From contig OZ241456.1 of the NCBI GenBank assembly GCA_965200875.1, positions 768,001 through 832,000 of the forward strand: a stretch of DNA of 64,000 nt. Direction: 5' to 3'. The translations under genes were made by a program, and so were the position numbers. This document shows positions 1 to 9,623 of this stretch, piece by piece. Position 1 is the stretch's first letter; every line of letters starts with the position of its first letter. The stretch is from Bdellovibrionales bacterium (lineage in GTDB: Bacteria; Bdellovibrionota; Bdellovibrionia; Bdellovibrionales; UBA1609). The notes beneath the pieces were generated by a model, which was given only the letters and a program-made list of their open reading frames with translations, searched no databases and was not told the origin of the DNA.

Positions 1-6
1 AATATT

Positions 7-1404
7 ATGGATGGATTACTGGACTATGATTTTTCTGGTTCGACAGTGGGTTTGAAACCTGCTTTGGCATTAGAGTGGAAATCTACATCAGACGGAAAAA
101 AATGGATCTTCACTCTTAGAAAAGGCGTGAAGTGGAGTGATGGAAAAGAGTTTAAAGCCGTTCATGTGCGCGATGGATGGGAGAGACTTTTAAACCCTAA
201 AACTGCGTCTGAATATGCTTATTTTTTGTACTCTATTAAAAACGCTAGGGCCTATAATGAAGGGAAAGTAAAAGATTTTTCTAAAGTAGGGGTGTTTGTC
301 AATGAGGAGGATCAACTAGTGGTGGAGTTGGAAGAGGGAAAAAGTTACTTCCCTTATTTTGTTTCTCACACCAGTTCCTATCCCATAAGAAAGGATATTA
401 TTGAAAAACACGGAGATCGTTGGACAGAACCAGAAAATATTGTGACCCTTGGAACTTACAGGCTGAAAAAATGGGAGCATGATAGAAAAATTATTTTGGA
501 GAAAAACAAGGACTACTATAATCAATCTGCTGAAATAAAAAATATTCTTATCTACATTATTCCTGAAAGCAGTACAGCTTTAAATTTGTTTGCAAAAGGC
601 CGGTTGGATGCCATTAGCGGTCTCCCTTCCAGAGAGTTGCCGGCTCTCAGGAAAAAGAAAGAATACCGCTCTCACCCTATGTTGGCCACTTATTATTATG
701 GTATTAATGTAAAACAAAAGCCTTTTGATGATGTAAGAGTAAGGAAAGCTTTTAGTATGGCTATTGACAGACGAAAAATCACGGATTTGCTGAAAGGGGA
801 TCATGTTCCTTTAAGAGGCTGGATTCCCGAAGGATTGCTGGGTTATGAAGATTCCATAGGCACTGGTTTTGATCCGGAAACAGCACGTTCTCTCATGGAC
901 AAAGCTGGGTATAAAGACCGATCCACTTTTCCCAGAGTGACTATTTCTTACAATACGCATGAAGATCATAAAAGAGTGGCGGAAAAAGTGCAGGCTCAGC
1001 TGAAAAAGCATTTAAATATTTCTGTGGAGCTAGCCAATGAGGAATGGAAAACTTATTTGCAAAGTTTAAAAACCGGGAAACAACAAATCTACAGAATGGG
1101 TTGGGTGGCAGACTACCCCGATCCAGATAATTTTATGACTCTGATGACTTCTTATTCAGAAAATAATCATACAGGTTGGGGGAATGCTCGTTATGATTCT
1201 TTGGTGGAGAAAGCAGGTGTATTATTGGATAAAGAAAAAAGGTTTCAGCTTTATAAGTCCGCACAAAAAATTCTTGTGGAAGAGGAGGTTGCTGTTATAC
1301 CTATTTACTCCTCTCAATCTCATTGGCTGATTTCAGATCGTGTAAAAAGATTCCCCTTAAACATAATGGGCAAGATTGCCTTTAAAGAAGTGAGGCTGAA
1401 GTAA
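7..1404 (+). CDS. oppA: Oligopeptide ABC transporter substrate-binding protein (5' end probably outside window)
   Basis: SBP family 5 motifs (PALA..W, FTLRKGVKWSDG, PFDDVRVRKAFSMAIDR, GWVADYPDP); no signal peptide within the window, so likely truncated by the edge. Confidence 0.92.
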   Translation: MDGLLDYDFSGSTVGLKPALALEWKSTSDGKKWIFTLRKGVKWSDGKEFKAVHVRDGWERLLNPKTASEYAYFLYSIKNARAYNEGKVKDFSKVGVFVNEEDQLVVELEEGKSYFPYFVSHTSSYPIRKDIIEKHGDRWTEPENIVTLGTYRLKKWEHDRKIILEKNKDYYNQSAEIKNILIYIIPESSTALNLFAKGRLDAISGLPSRELPALRKKKEYRSHPMLATYYYGINVKQKPFDDVRVRKAFSMAIDRRKITDLLKGDHVPLRGWIPEGLLGYEDSIGTGFDPETARSLMDKAGYKDRSTFPRVTISYNTHEDHKRVAEKVQAQLKKHLNISVELANEEWKTYLQSLKTGKQQIYRMGWVADYPDPDNFMTLMTSYSENNHTGWGNARYDSLVEKAGVLLDKEKRFQLYKSAQKILVEEEVAVIPIYSSQSHWLISDRVKRFPLNIMGKIAFKEVRLK

Positions 1405-1429
1405 GTTTGCTATCAGGATTGGTGTTGTT

Positions 1430-2530
1430 TTGAATATGTTATCGTTGTATAAGTTTTTTTCATTCAGAATATTAATGTTTTTCTGTGTTTTCCTAGCCTT
1501 GTTTTTGACTGTGGTTCTCAGTTTTTTAAATTATGAGATTCCTGCTTGGTTTTGGCTTTTAGATATCGGTGGTCTTTTTGTTATTTTTTCTTATTATACA
1601 GTAAAAAAAAGAATGCAGTTTTATGTTTTGAAAAGAATATCAGGTGCGTTGTTCACTTTGTTTATTATAGCTACTGTCACTTTTGTTTTATTAAGAACTC
1701 TTCCTGGTGGCCCTTTTGATCAGGAAAAGGCTTTACCACCTGAAATTAAAGCCAATATTGAAGCTAAGTATCATATAGATCTCCCCTTGATTTATCAGTA
1801 TGGTTATTATTTAAGTGGTTTGGCAAAAGGTGACTTTGGAGAATCCTATAAATATATTGGCAGAAATATTTCCACTATTATTGGGGAAACTTTACCGGTT
1901 TCCATTCAGCTGGGAATATATGCCTTGATTTTAGCTTATCTGATAGGTGTTCCTTTTGGTGTGTTGTCTGCTTCCCGCCAGAATACCATGACGGATCGAT
2001 TGTTAATGGTAGGTGCTGTCAGTGGAGTGTCTCTTCCTAGTTTTTTAGTGGCACCTTTGTTGATTTTGTTTTTTTGTTTTTATATGGATTGGTTTGAAAT
2101 CGCCTTGTGGGAAGGGCCTTCTTATTATGTTTTGCCAATTTTGGTTTTAGGTGTTCGGCCTGTCGCTTTTATTGCCCGGTTGACCCGTGCCAGTGTTTTG
2201 GAGGCGATTCAGTCTGATTATGTGAGAACTGCTAAAGCAAAGGGTTTGCGGAGCTGGAATATTCTGTATAAGCATGTGTTAAAAAATTCTTTTTTACCTG
2301 TATTGACTTTTTCCGGACCGCTTATAGCAGGTATTCTTACAGGCTCTTTTATTGTAGAGCATATTTTTGCCATTCCGGGAATGGCCAAGCATCTTGTAAA
2401 CAGTGTAACCAACAGGGATTACCCTTTGATTTTGGGAGTGACTTTAGTTTATTCCACTGTGCTGATTTTTTCCAATTTAGTGGTGGATCTGCTTTATAGT
2501 CACTTTGATCCCAGGATTCGACTGTCCTGA
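1430..2530 (+). CDS. oppB: Oligopeptide ABC transporter permease
   Basis: LPGGPF, GDFGESY, DYVRTAKAKGL (EAA loop), RDYPLILG, DPRIR; canonical OppB sequence starts at MQFYVLKR (~1613), start uncertain. Confidence 0.93.
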   Translation: MNMLSLYKFFSFRILMFFCVFLALFLTVVLSFLNYEIPAWFWLLDIGGLFVIFSYYTVKKRMQFYVLKRISGALFTLFIIATVTFVLLRTLPGGPFDQEKALPPEIKANIEAKYHIDLPLIYQYGYYLSGLAKGDFGESYKYIGRNISTIIGETLPVSIQLGIYALILAYLIGVPFGVLSASRQNTMTDRLLMVGAVSGVSLPSFLVAPLLILFFCFYMDWFEIALWEGPSYYVLPILVLGVRPVAFIARLTRASVLEAIQSDYVRTAKAKGLRSWNILYKHVLKNSFLPVLTFSGPLIAGILTGSFIVEHIFAIPGMAKHLVNSVTNRDYPLILGVTLVYSTVLIFSNLVVDLLYSHFDPRIRLS

Positions 2531-2605
2531 ATATTATAAGGTAGTTGAGTATGATAAAGTTGTTAAAGTTAGTTGATAAAGTTGTTAAAATAACAAGGTA
2601 TTGAT

Positions 2606-3508
2606 ATGCGGAAATATATTCCCACAAAAAAAACATCCAGCAGTCTTTGGCAGGAATCCTGGATCCGGTTTAAAAAAAATAGACTGGGAATGTTTTGTGC
2701 TATTTTTATTATATTTGTTTGTCTGGTGAGTTTGTTTCCTGAAACTCTTTCTCCGTACTCCTTTGAGGAACAATTTGAAGGAAAAGAGTTACTCCCTCCA
2801 GGAGGAGAGTATCTTTTGGGTACTGATAATATGGGACGAGATCTATTTTCTCGATTGATATATGGAGGGCGTGTGTCTATGGCTGTGGGTGTTTTAACGG
2901 CCTTTTTTTCGTTGATTTTAGGAGTATTATATGGAGCTGTTTCAGGATGGATAGGAGGAAAAACAGATGCTTTTATGATGAGGGGAATTGATGTTTTATA
3001 TTCCATTCCCTCTCTTGTATTGTTGATTTTGGTAAAAGTGATTTTTGATTCTTTGTCTTTAGTCACACATCCTGAATTAAAAGCCCTTTTGGGTATCCTA
3101 GTGGCTTTGAGCCTTGTGGGTTGGGTGACTTTGGCTCGTGTCGTAAGAGGACAAGTATTGCAGGAAAAAGAAAAACTTTATGTGGAATCCGCCCGGTCCC
3201 TTGGAGAAAGAGGCTGGAAGATTGTTTTTCGTCATGTCTTGCCCAATATTTTAGGGCCTGTTATTGTTTTACTGACTTTGCAAATCCCCTCTAATATTTT
3301 ATTTGAAAGTTTTTTAAGTTTTCTGGGGCTTGGGCTTCAGCCTCCTTATAGTTCCTGGGGTGTGTTGGCAGAGGAGGGATGGAAGTCTCTTCGCTCCTAT
3401 CCTCATCTGATGATTGCACCCGGTGTGGCTATTTTTCTGACTATGATGGCTTTTAATCTTATGGGAGATGGCTTGCGGGATGCTTTTGATCCACAAAGTT
3501 GTAGATAA
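2606..3508 (+). CDS. oppC: Oligopeptide ABC transporter permease
   Basis: LLGTDNMGRDLFSR, YVESARSLG, RHVLPN, GDGLRDAFDP. Confidence 0.93.
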   Translation: MRKYIPTKKTSSSLWQESWIRFKKNRLGMFCAIFIIFVCLVSLFPETLSPYSFEEQFEGKELLPPGGEYLLGTDNMGRDLFSRLIYGGRVSMAVGVLTAFFSLILGVLYGAVSGWIGGKTDAFMMRGIDVLYSIPSLVLLILVKVIFDSLSLVTHPELKALLGILVALSLVGWVTLARVVRGQVLQEKEKLYVESARSLGERGWKIVFRHVLPNILGPVIVLLTLQIPSNILFESFLSFLGLGLQPPYSSWGVLAEEGWKSLRSYPHLMIAPGVAIFLTMMAFNLMGDGLRDAFDPQSCR

Positions 3509-3547
3509 TGTTCCAATATTCTCATGTTGTGCAGAAGTCGGAAAAAC

Positions 3548-6346
3548 CTATTCTGATACCTTTTCCTGAAATAGTTGCACTACTTCTGTCTTTTCCAATT
3601 CCAAGGCCCACATCAAAGCTGTCTCTCCATGACGAGTTTGAACATTTGGATCTGCTCCTTTTTCCAGTAATAGACGTATCATTTTTATACCTTTGCGAAC
3701 TCGATAAGATAATAAGGCTTCCTGTAAAGCTGTAAATCCCTTCTTATTTTGGGCATTTGGATCTACTCCATTTTCCAATAATAACTGTACTACTTCTATA
3801 TTTCCAACTCGTATAGCCCATATCAAAGCTGTTTCTCCACGCCGAGTTTGAGCGTTCAGATCTGCTCCCTTTTTCAGCAACAACCGAACTATATCAGCAT
3901 ATCCAGCTTCTGAAGCCCACATCAAAGCTGTCTCCCCGTAATTATTACGGGCGTTCAGATCTGCTCCTTTTTCCAGCAACAACCGAACTATATCAGTATG
4001 TTCATGTCGTACAGCCTCCATCAAAGCTGTATGCCAAGTATTACTACGAACATTCAGATTCGCCCCTTTATTCAATAACAGCTGCACTACTTCTATATTT
4101 CCAGATTGTATAGCTCCTATCAAAGCTGTATTCCCGTATTCATCACGGGCGTTCGGATTTGCTCCTCTTTCCAAGAGCAACAACATTATGTCCCTGTATT
4201 TTTCTCTATTGAATTTATGTTGCTTTAAAGTTGTCTCAGCATACAATCTATTTTCTGGCTTATGGAGTGCTATTAAATCCTGAATAGCCCTTATGAGCAT
4301 ATAGCCCTTATCCAAAATCCTGCCCCAAAGAGAGTGATCCAAAATCTGAGAAAGTTCATAAGCACTGTCAACAAATTCAGAATCACTGAACTTTCTTATA
4401 AACTCTCTTCTGTAGTCTGTGGTGTTCTTCCAATTACTCATCTCTCCTAATAAAGCTTGCCTTTCGCTTTCTGAAAAAAATAAACCTTCCTCATTCGAAA
4501 TAACCCTTTTAAAAAAAGAAAAATCCCATCTTTTCAAAACAGTCTGACCCTTCTCCTCTGCTTGTAACCTCGGCTCTAGCTCTATCAAAGTGTAAAAAGC
4601 CCGCTTTCTCACTTGAAAAGAAAAGTGCTTACTCCTCATTACAAAATATAAATGTTCCCTGGAAAATGAAGTGGAAAAGCTAAACACTTCCCTTAAAATT
4701 AAAAAATTACTTAAAAACTCCAATTGCTCCATATCTTTTTCAGAGTCCTTAAAAGACAATATCCGCTGATATAAAGAACGAACATTTAAACCCGAACTGG
4801 CCTGCTTATGCGTGGGAACATCACCAGGTCTTATCTTCACTAATTCCAACCCTACCCCTTCAAACTCCAAAAGCTCCAAATTACTGTATGCTCTGGAATA
4901 CCTAACAGGGCCAAAAGACAAACCATGATCATGAGATTTAAAATCTGTAAGATTTCTTTGCAACTCAGGAAGAACACTCGATTCCACATAATTGTTTATC
5001 AAAAAATTATTGGACAAACCAGTGTCACCACCCAGTACCTTCGGCAGAGCCAACACATAACCTTGTTCCAACATACTTAATCGTATCCCCTCCAATAAAG
5101 CTTTAAGTTTCTGAGTATCCATATTCTGAATCTTATCCACAAAAGCTGTTTTGATTCTTTGACCTTCAGGGTTTAAAGCCTCCCCTAAGACCACAGTAAT
5201 ATGGCCTGAAGACCTATTTCGACTATCTGTCAAAGTAAAGTAAAGAAAATTAGGATCCAAAGCTCTTTCAAAATATGTATTAGTGGCACAGTCTCCTCCC
5301 ATACAGGACCTGAAAGGCGATTCCTGAAGAGAAAGCCTCCTAAGCCTTAAAACTTCTGTCCCCTCGATAGTATGATTATGAGTTTGAACATCCTCCGTGA
5401 TTTTCGATAACATTTCTGTATCATTTGGGATTTTGGCCTTTAAGCTTTCTACAAGCCCCGAAAAATGACCCATAAAACCCAGCTCAAAAGCAATATTGTC
5501 TCTTTCAATTAAAATATTTCGTAAAGCATTCAGGTTTTCTTGTGGATTGGCATCCTTAAGTGCTTCCATCCACGCTTTGTTGCCAAAACCAGATGTATAA
5601 ATTAAATCCACCATCGCTTGAGAAATTCTTTGTATGATTTTTTCATAAGACCCCTCTGGTGAAGTTTCATTGGCTTTTTGTTCTGCATTCAAAAAATCAG
5701 ACCGGACCTCCGCTAGAGCCTTGTACAAAGCAATAACTCGCTCTCTGTAAGGTTGTTGGGGGTTTTTTATAAAATCCCTCAGCTCTTTATTTAAGGATGT
5801 GGTATCGAGCCAAGCTATAAAATCTTGCCTTTCCTGCTTTCTTTTTTCCCTTAGAGCTTTCTTTTCCGCTTTATGGTTTTGCTCCTGCCCTCTAAACATT
5901 TTGATCCAAAAACCCAAGTTTGCCTCTATATGAAATAAATTGTTCTGTATCCGATTGCTTTTGCTCTTGAAAGATGTAATAAAATTTACAAGGCTTTGGG
6001 GTCTTTCTTTTCTTACTGTGGCAAACTCAAAAATATAGTCTCTTAAAGGAATTTTGGAAAGAGACGGATAGTGTTTCAAAACATCAAATACAGATTGCAA
6101 ATCTACATTTCTGCCATTTCCAGCATAAGGAGTCCAGTTTTTAAGATAAAACTTAAAGAGTTGATCCTGCCCTTCCTTGAGAACCAGCCCCCTAGTCATG
6201 GCCTCTGCAAAGGAGCTTGGATTGGAAAACATCTCTCCAGAATCAGAAAACGCCTCCTCACAAGACATTGCGTAAGACATTGATTGAAAAAAAGCTAGCA
6301 GAAAAACCAGTAGAAAATGATAACTTTCAAAATTTTTAAACCGCAT
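3548..6346 (-). CDS. Secreted protein with large unknown N-terminal region and about six C-terminal ankyrin repeats
   Basis: Signal peptide (…SMSYA|MSCEEAF); repeated G.TAL..A…G..E.V.LLL..GA..N 33-aa units at about 3560-4190. Confidence 0.88.
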   Translation of the reverse strand: MRFKNFESYHFLLVFLLAFFQSMSYAMSCEEAFSDSGEMFSNPSSFAEAMTRGLVLKEGQDQLFKFYLKNWTPYAGNGRNVDLQSVFDVLKHYPSLSKIPLRDYIFEFATVRKERPQSLVNFITSFKSKSNRIQNNLFHIEANLGFWIKMFRGQEQNHKAEKKALREKRKQERQDFIAWLDTTSLNKELRDFIKNPQQPYRERVIALYKALAEVRSDFLNAEQKANETSPEGSYEKIIQRISQAMVDLIYTSGFGNKAWMEALKDANPQENLNALRNILIERDNIAFELGFMGHFSGLVESLKAKIPNDTEMLSKITEDVQTHNHTIEGTEVLRLRRLSLQESPFRSCMGGDCATNTYFERALDPNFLYFTLTDSRNRSSGHITVVLGEALNPEGQRIKTAFVDKIQNMDTQKLKALLEGIRLSMLEQGYVLALPKVLGGDTGLSNNFLINNYVESSVLPELQRNLTDFKSHDHGLSFGPVRYSRAYSNLELLEFEGVGLELVKIRPGDVPTHKQASSGLNVRSLYQRILSFKDSEKDMEQLEFLSNFLILREVFSFSTSFSREHLYFVMRSKHFSFQVRKRAFYTLIELEPRLQAEEKGQTVLKRWDFSFFKRVISNEEGLFFSESERQALLGEMSNWKNTTDYRREFIRKFSDSEFVDSAYELSQILDHSLWGRILDKGYMLIRAIQDLIALHKPENRLYAETTLKQHKFNREKYRDIMLLLLERGANPNARDEYGNTALIGAIQSGNIEVVQLLLNKGANLNVRSNTWHTALMEAVRHEHTDIVRLLLEKGADLNARNNYGETALMWASEAGYADIVRLLLKKGADLNAQTRRGETALIWAIRVGNIEVVQLLLENGVDPNAQNKKGFTALQEALLSYRVRKGIKMIRLLLEKGADPNVQTRHGETALMWALELEKTEVVQLFQEKVSE

Positions 6347-6799
6347 AATGTATTATATATGTAGTTATGATTCCAAACAAACAGAGACCTTTAAAAACGA
6401 TATTTTCATTAAAAAACCAACCCTCTTAATGTAAAATTTACAGACATTGCTTGGAGATTTTAAAAGGAGACAGAAGAGTCTCACAGCTGGGAATATGTTT
6501 TTCATCGTGGAGATAAACGGGATTTTTCACGGGTCATCATGTAGTTTATTTAAATTTTCTCTTATTTTTTCCGAAAAGAAAAAAATAATGGATAAACTGG
6601 TTTTGAAAAATTGTATTTTCTGGCCTTTTTTCCGGGATTCCTGTTGATAGAAGACTTATATAGGAAGGTGAAAAACAGAGACCTTTCTGTTGCCCGGTGG
6701 GGATTCTCATTCAAGCGGGCATGCTGGGTACATGCTTTGCTTTTTCTTGGGAATAATCGGAACACTCAGTGTAAACCAGTTAAAGAAAGTTATGCTGTT

Positions 6800-7624
6800 A
6801 TGAAACATATTGTTCTTCTCATAGTTTTATTTTTATGTGTCGGCTGTGGATTGTCAAATTTTCATGGTGGCGGGCAAAACCGCTGTAATTTTCGTGTGGA
6901 TCGGGGTTTTATTGTAAGATGGGGAGAATTGCCTGTGCCTATTTATATCCATGAGACTGTGCCTACTGTTACCAGAAAAAATTTTACATACGCTGTGGAT
7001 ATGTGGAATGAATCATGGAATTACTATACCAGAAAAGGACATCTTTTTGAGTTAATTGGGGAAGTGTCGTTGGATTCTATCCCTGATAAAGATGATTCAG
7101 GAGATGGTATCAATATTGTATTTTTGGATAAAAAGCATAATATTTTACTGACTAAACAACAAGGAAGCACTCATATTCGCAATTATTTCGGCGGTTCTAT
7201 TATTGAAGGGGATATTATAGTGAATAATGTGGATTATGAATATTTTTATGAAGAGGAATCTTTTGATTACTCTGTTTATACGAAAGTTCCTAAGCTTTCC
7301 AGCAGTCGATCTTTGGCCAGCACCTCTCCACAATCGTTTTGGAAGCAGTTTTTATATGCCTTTCAGTCTTTCTTGGATTTTGTTTCCTTTTGGAAGAAGA
7401 AAAAAACGCGAGCACCTACAGCTGTTACCCCTAAAATTTCTAAAAGCCAAGTGGATTTTATTAGCCTTTCTTTGCATGAATTAGGCCATTTAGGGGCTTT
7501 GGTGCATATAGAAAATAAAGACGGTATTATGAACTCGGGGCTTCGAAAAGGACAAATTCGCAGAGATATTCGGGATATAGAGCTTGCCAGCTTGGCTTGT
7601 GGTTACGAAATTACAAAAAAGTAA
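6800..7624 (+). CDS. Matrixin-like zinc metalloprotease, probable lipoprotein
   Basis: HELGHLGALVH zinc motif followed by GIM (Met-turn); in-frame ATG at 6800 gives MKHIVLLIVLFLCVGC (lipobox-like). Confidence 0.75.
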   Translation: MKHIVLLIVLFLCVGCGLSNFHGGGQNRCNFRVDRGFIVRWGELPVPIYIHETVPTVTRKNFTYAVDMWNESWNYYTRKGHLFELIGEVSLDSIPDKDDSGDGINIVFLDKKHNILLTKQQGSTHIRNYFGGSIIEGDIIVNNVDYEYFYEEESFDYSVYTKVPKLSSSRSLASTSPQSFWKQFLYAFQSFLDFVSFWKKKKTRAPTAVTPKISKSQVDFISLSLHELGHLGALVHIENKDGIMNSGLRKGQIRRDIRDIELASLACGYEITKK

Positions 7625-7735
7625 ATGTAAGTATATTTAAGTTTTGCTGGACTAGTGTCGAATATTATTTTACAAAGTAAAATTCTGAAAAACCTGTTAT
7701 TCAAAAAGCATATAAAATAAAGGAATGAAATAATT

Positions 7736-7963
7736 ATGAATAAAAAACTTATTTTTTCTGTATCCACGGCTGAACAACAGGAAGATTTTTCTCACCATGA
7801 AGAAATATCAGAAAAAAAATTCCGTTCTGAAAAAGAAAGTTTACATGATTTTCTGAGCAGTATGTCTCAGCTTAAAAAAGAAGTGGAGCACTTAAGTTTT
7901 ATGATGTCTGAGATTCGTCAGGTATTGGAAACTTCCTCTTCTGTTAACCGCCAGCTGGCTTGA
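7736..7963 (+). CDS. Small hypothetical coiled-coil protein
   Basis: 75-aa ORF with upstream AAGGA; helical C-terminus. Confidence 0.55.
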   Translation: MNKKLIFSVSTAEQQEDFSHHEEISEKKFRSEKESLHDFLSSMSQLKKEVEHLSFMMSEIRQVLETSSSVNRQLA

Positions 7964-8215
7964 GTCGCGGTTTCTTCGTAAAACCCTTTGTTTTTTTGCA
8001 AAAAGTGTCTGTAAAAGAAGCTCTTTTAAAAATTTATCAACGCAGTCTTTGAAATTTATTTGGCCTTTTTTAAGACTGTGGGGACTGAGAGTAAATTGGT
8101 ATTTTGCATTCTCGTGTCTTTATTTGACATACGACTACTTCGTGAATTATCCTGATAATCCACGAAATAGAACAATATAGTTTACCTGATTGTAAGCAAT
8201 TCACGGACCACTATT

Positions 8216-8343
8216 TAGTAGCCCGTGAAAAAGTATGTTATTTTGACTGGATTCCCGTTTTCACGGGAATGACGTACTAAGGGGGAGCTTTCCGATAAGT
8301 AGGAAAGTAACTCACTTAAACAGAGCTTTTTCACGGACCACTA
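8216..8343. mobile_element. MITE-like element with terminal inverted repeats enclosing a palindromic repeat
   Basis: TAGTAGCCCGTGAAAAA … TTTTTCACGGACCACTA ends; internal CTGGATTCCCGTTTTCACGGGAATGAC (8247-8273); near-identical left part at 41228; extra right end at 8200-8213. Confidence 0.7.
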
Positions 8344-8398
8344 TTTAAATTTACATATTATTGTTTTCTTAAGAGAGTGTTAGGAAGATGAGGTTCTT

Positions 8399-9595
8399 AT
8401 GATTCACCGATTTTTAGATCCTGTGCAATTACTAAAAAAATCCTCTCATTTTCTTTTAGGTCCAAGGGCAGTGGGAAAAAGTACACTTATAAAAACATAT
8501 TTTCCAAGTGCAACAACAACAAAATACACAGATTCCGCAAAACAGCTGACTAAACTTCAGCATAAAGCTGATTATATAAATTTGTTGGATTCAAAAATTT
8601 ACCTTCGATTAAAACAAGACCCTTCTCTTCTTAGTGCCTTAACAAGCAAAAAATATATAATTATTGATGAAATACAAAGAATCCCCGAGTTGCTTAATGA
8701 AGTTCATCGTCTGATTGAAGACAGAAATCAGCATTTTTTGCTTACGGGCAGTAGTGCTCGAAAATTAAAAAGAGGCAAAGTAAATCTCTTGGCGGGTCGG
8801 GCTTTCAAGGCAGAAATGTTTCCATTAACTTGGTTTGAGCTTGAAAACGCTGGGAAATTCAACCTGAGTAGCTATCTTCGGTTTGGAGGTCTACCTTTGG
8901 CTACTTTGGGAAAACACAATGAAGAATATTTATATAACTATGTGGATACTTATTTAAAAGAAGAGATACAGGCAGAAGCTGTTGCTCGCAATTTGCCTAA
9001 CTACGCCCGCTTTTTACAAAGTGCCGCTTTCAATAATTCTCAGATAATTAATTATACAAAAGTGGCAAATGACGCACAACTATCCCCTAACACTGTAAAA
9101 GACTACTATCAAATTTTGGAAGACACTTTAATTGGTTTTTCTGTTCTCCCTTGGACGAGTTCAACAAAAAGAAAAGCCATTCAAACTGCAAAGTTTTATT
9201 TCTTTGATCCTGGTATTGTGCATACTTTGTGTGAAACTCAAAGTCTGGATATAAACAGTGACCTTTTTGGCCAGGCTTTTGAGCAGTTTATCGCCTGTGA
9301 ATTAAGAGCCTCTTTATCTTATAAAAATATCCGACAAACATTAAAATTTTGGCGATCCAAATCCCAATTTGAAGTAGACTTTATTATTGGAAATAAAACC
9401 GCCATAGAGGTAAAAGCTGGAAGAAAGATCAGTCGGCGGGACCACAAAGGGTTATTGGCTCTTGCTGAAGAACATAAATGGAAGAGCTTGATTATCGTCT
9501 CCCGTGATCCGGTAAAAGCACGATTTCCAAATGGCATTCAACATCTGCCTTGGAAAATTTTTTTAACAAAGTTATGGGCGGGTGATTTTTTTTAA
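8399..9595 (+). CDS. AAA_14 / DUF4143 ATP-binding protein
   Basis: GPRAVGKST Walker A, IIDEIQ, LTGSSARKL, KFYFFDPG, EVDF…AIEVK nuclease-like tail. Confidence 0.88.
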   Translation: MIHRFLDPVQLLKKSSHFLLGPRAVGKSTLIKTYFPSATTTKYTDSAKQLTKLQHKADYINLLDSKIYLRLKQDPSLLSALTSKKYIIIDEIQRIPELLNEVHRLIEDRNQHFLLTGSSARKLKRGKVNLLAGRAFKAEMFPLTWFELENAGKFNLSSYLRFGGLPLATLGKHNEEYLYNYVDTYLKEEIQAEAVARNLPNYARFLQSAAFNNSQIINYTKVANDAQLSPNTVKDYYQILEDTLIGFSVLPWTSSTKRKAIQTAKFYFFDPGIVHTLCETQSLDINSDLFGQAFEQFIACELRASLSYKNIRQTLKFWRSKSQFEVDFIIGNKTAIEVKAGRKISRRDHKGLLALAEEHKWKSLIIVSRDPVKARFPNGIQHLPWKIFLTKLWAGDFF

Positions 9596-9623
9596 TTTTC
9601 TTATTTTGTTTGTTTAGTGGATT

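Noticed and set aside
1430..1612. Extra N-terminal hydrophobic segment on OppB
   Set aside because: Cannot tell a real extension from an over-extended TTG start
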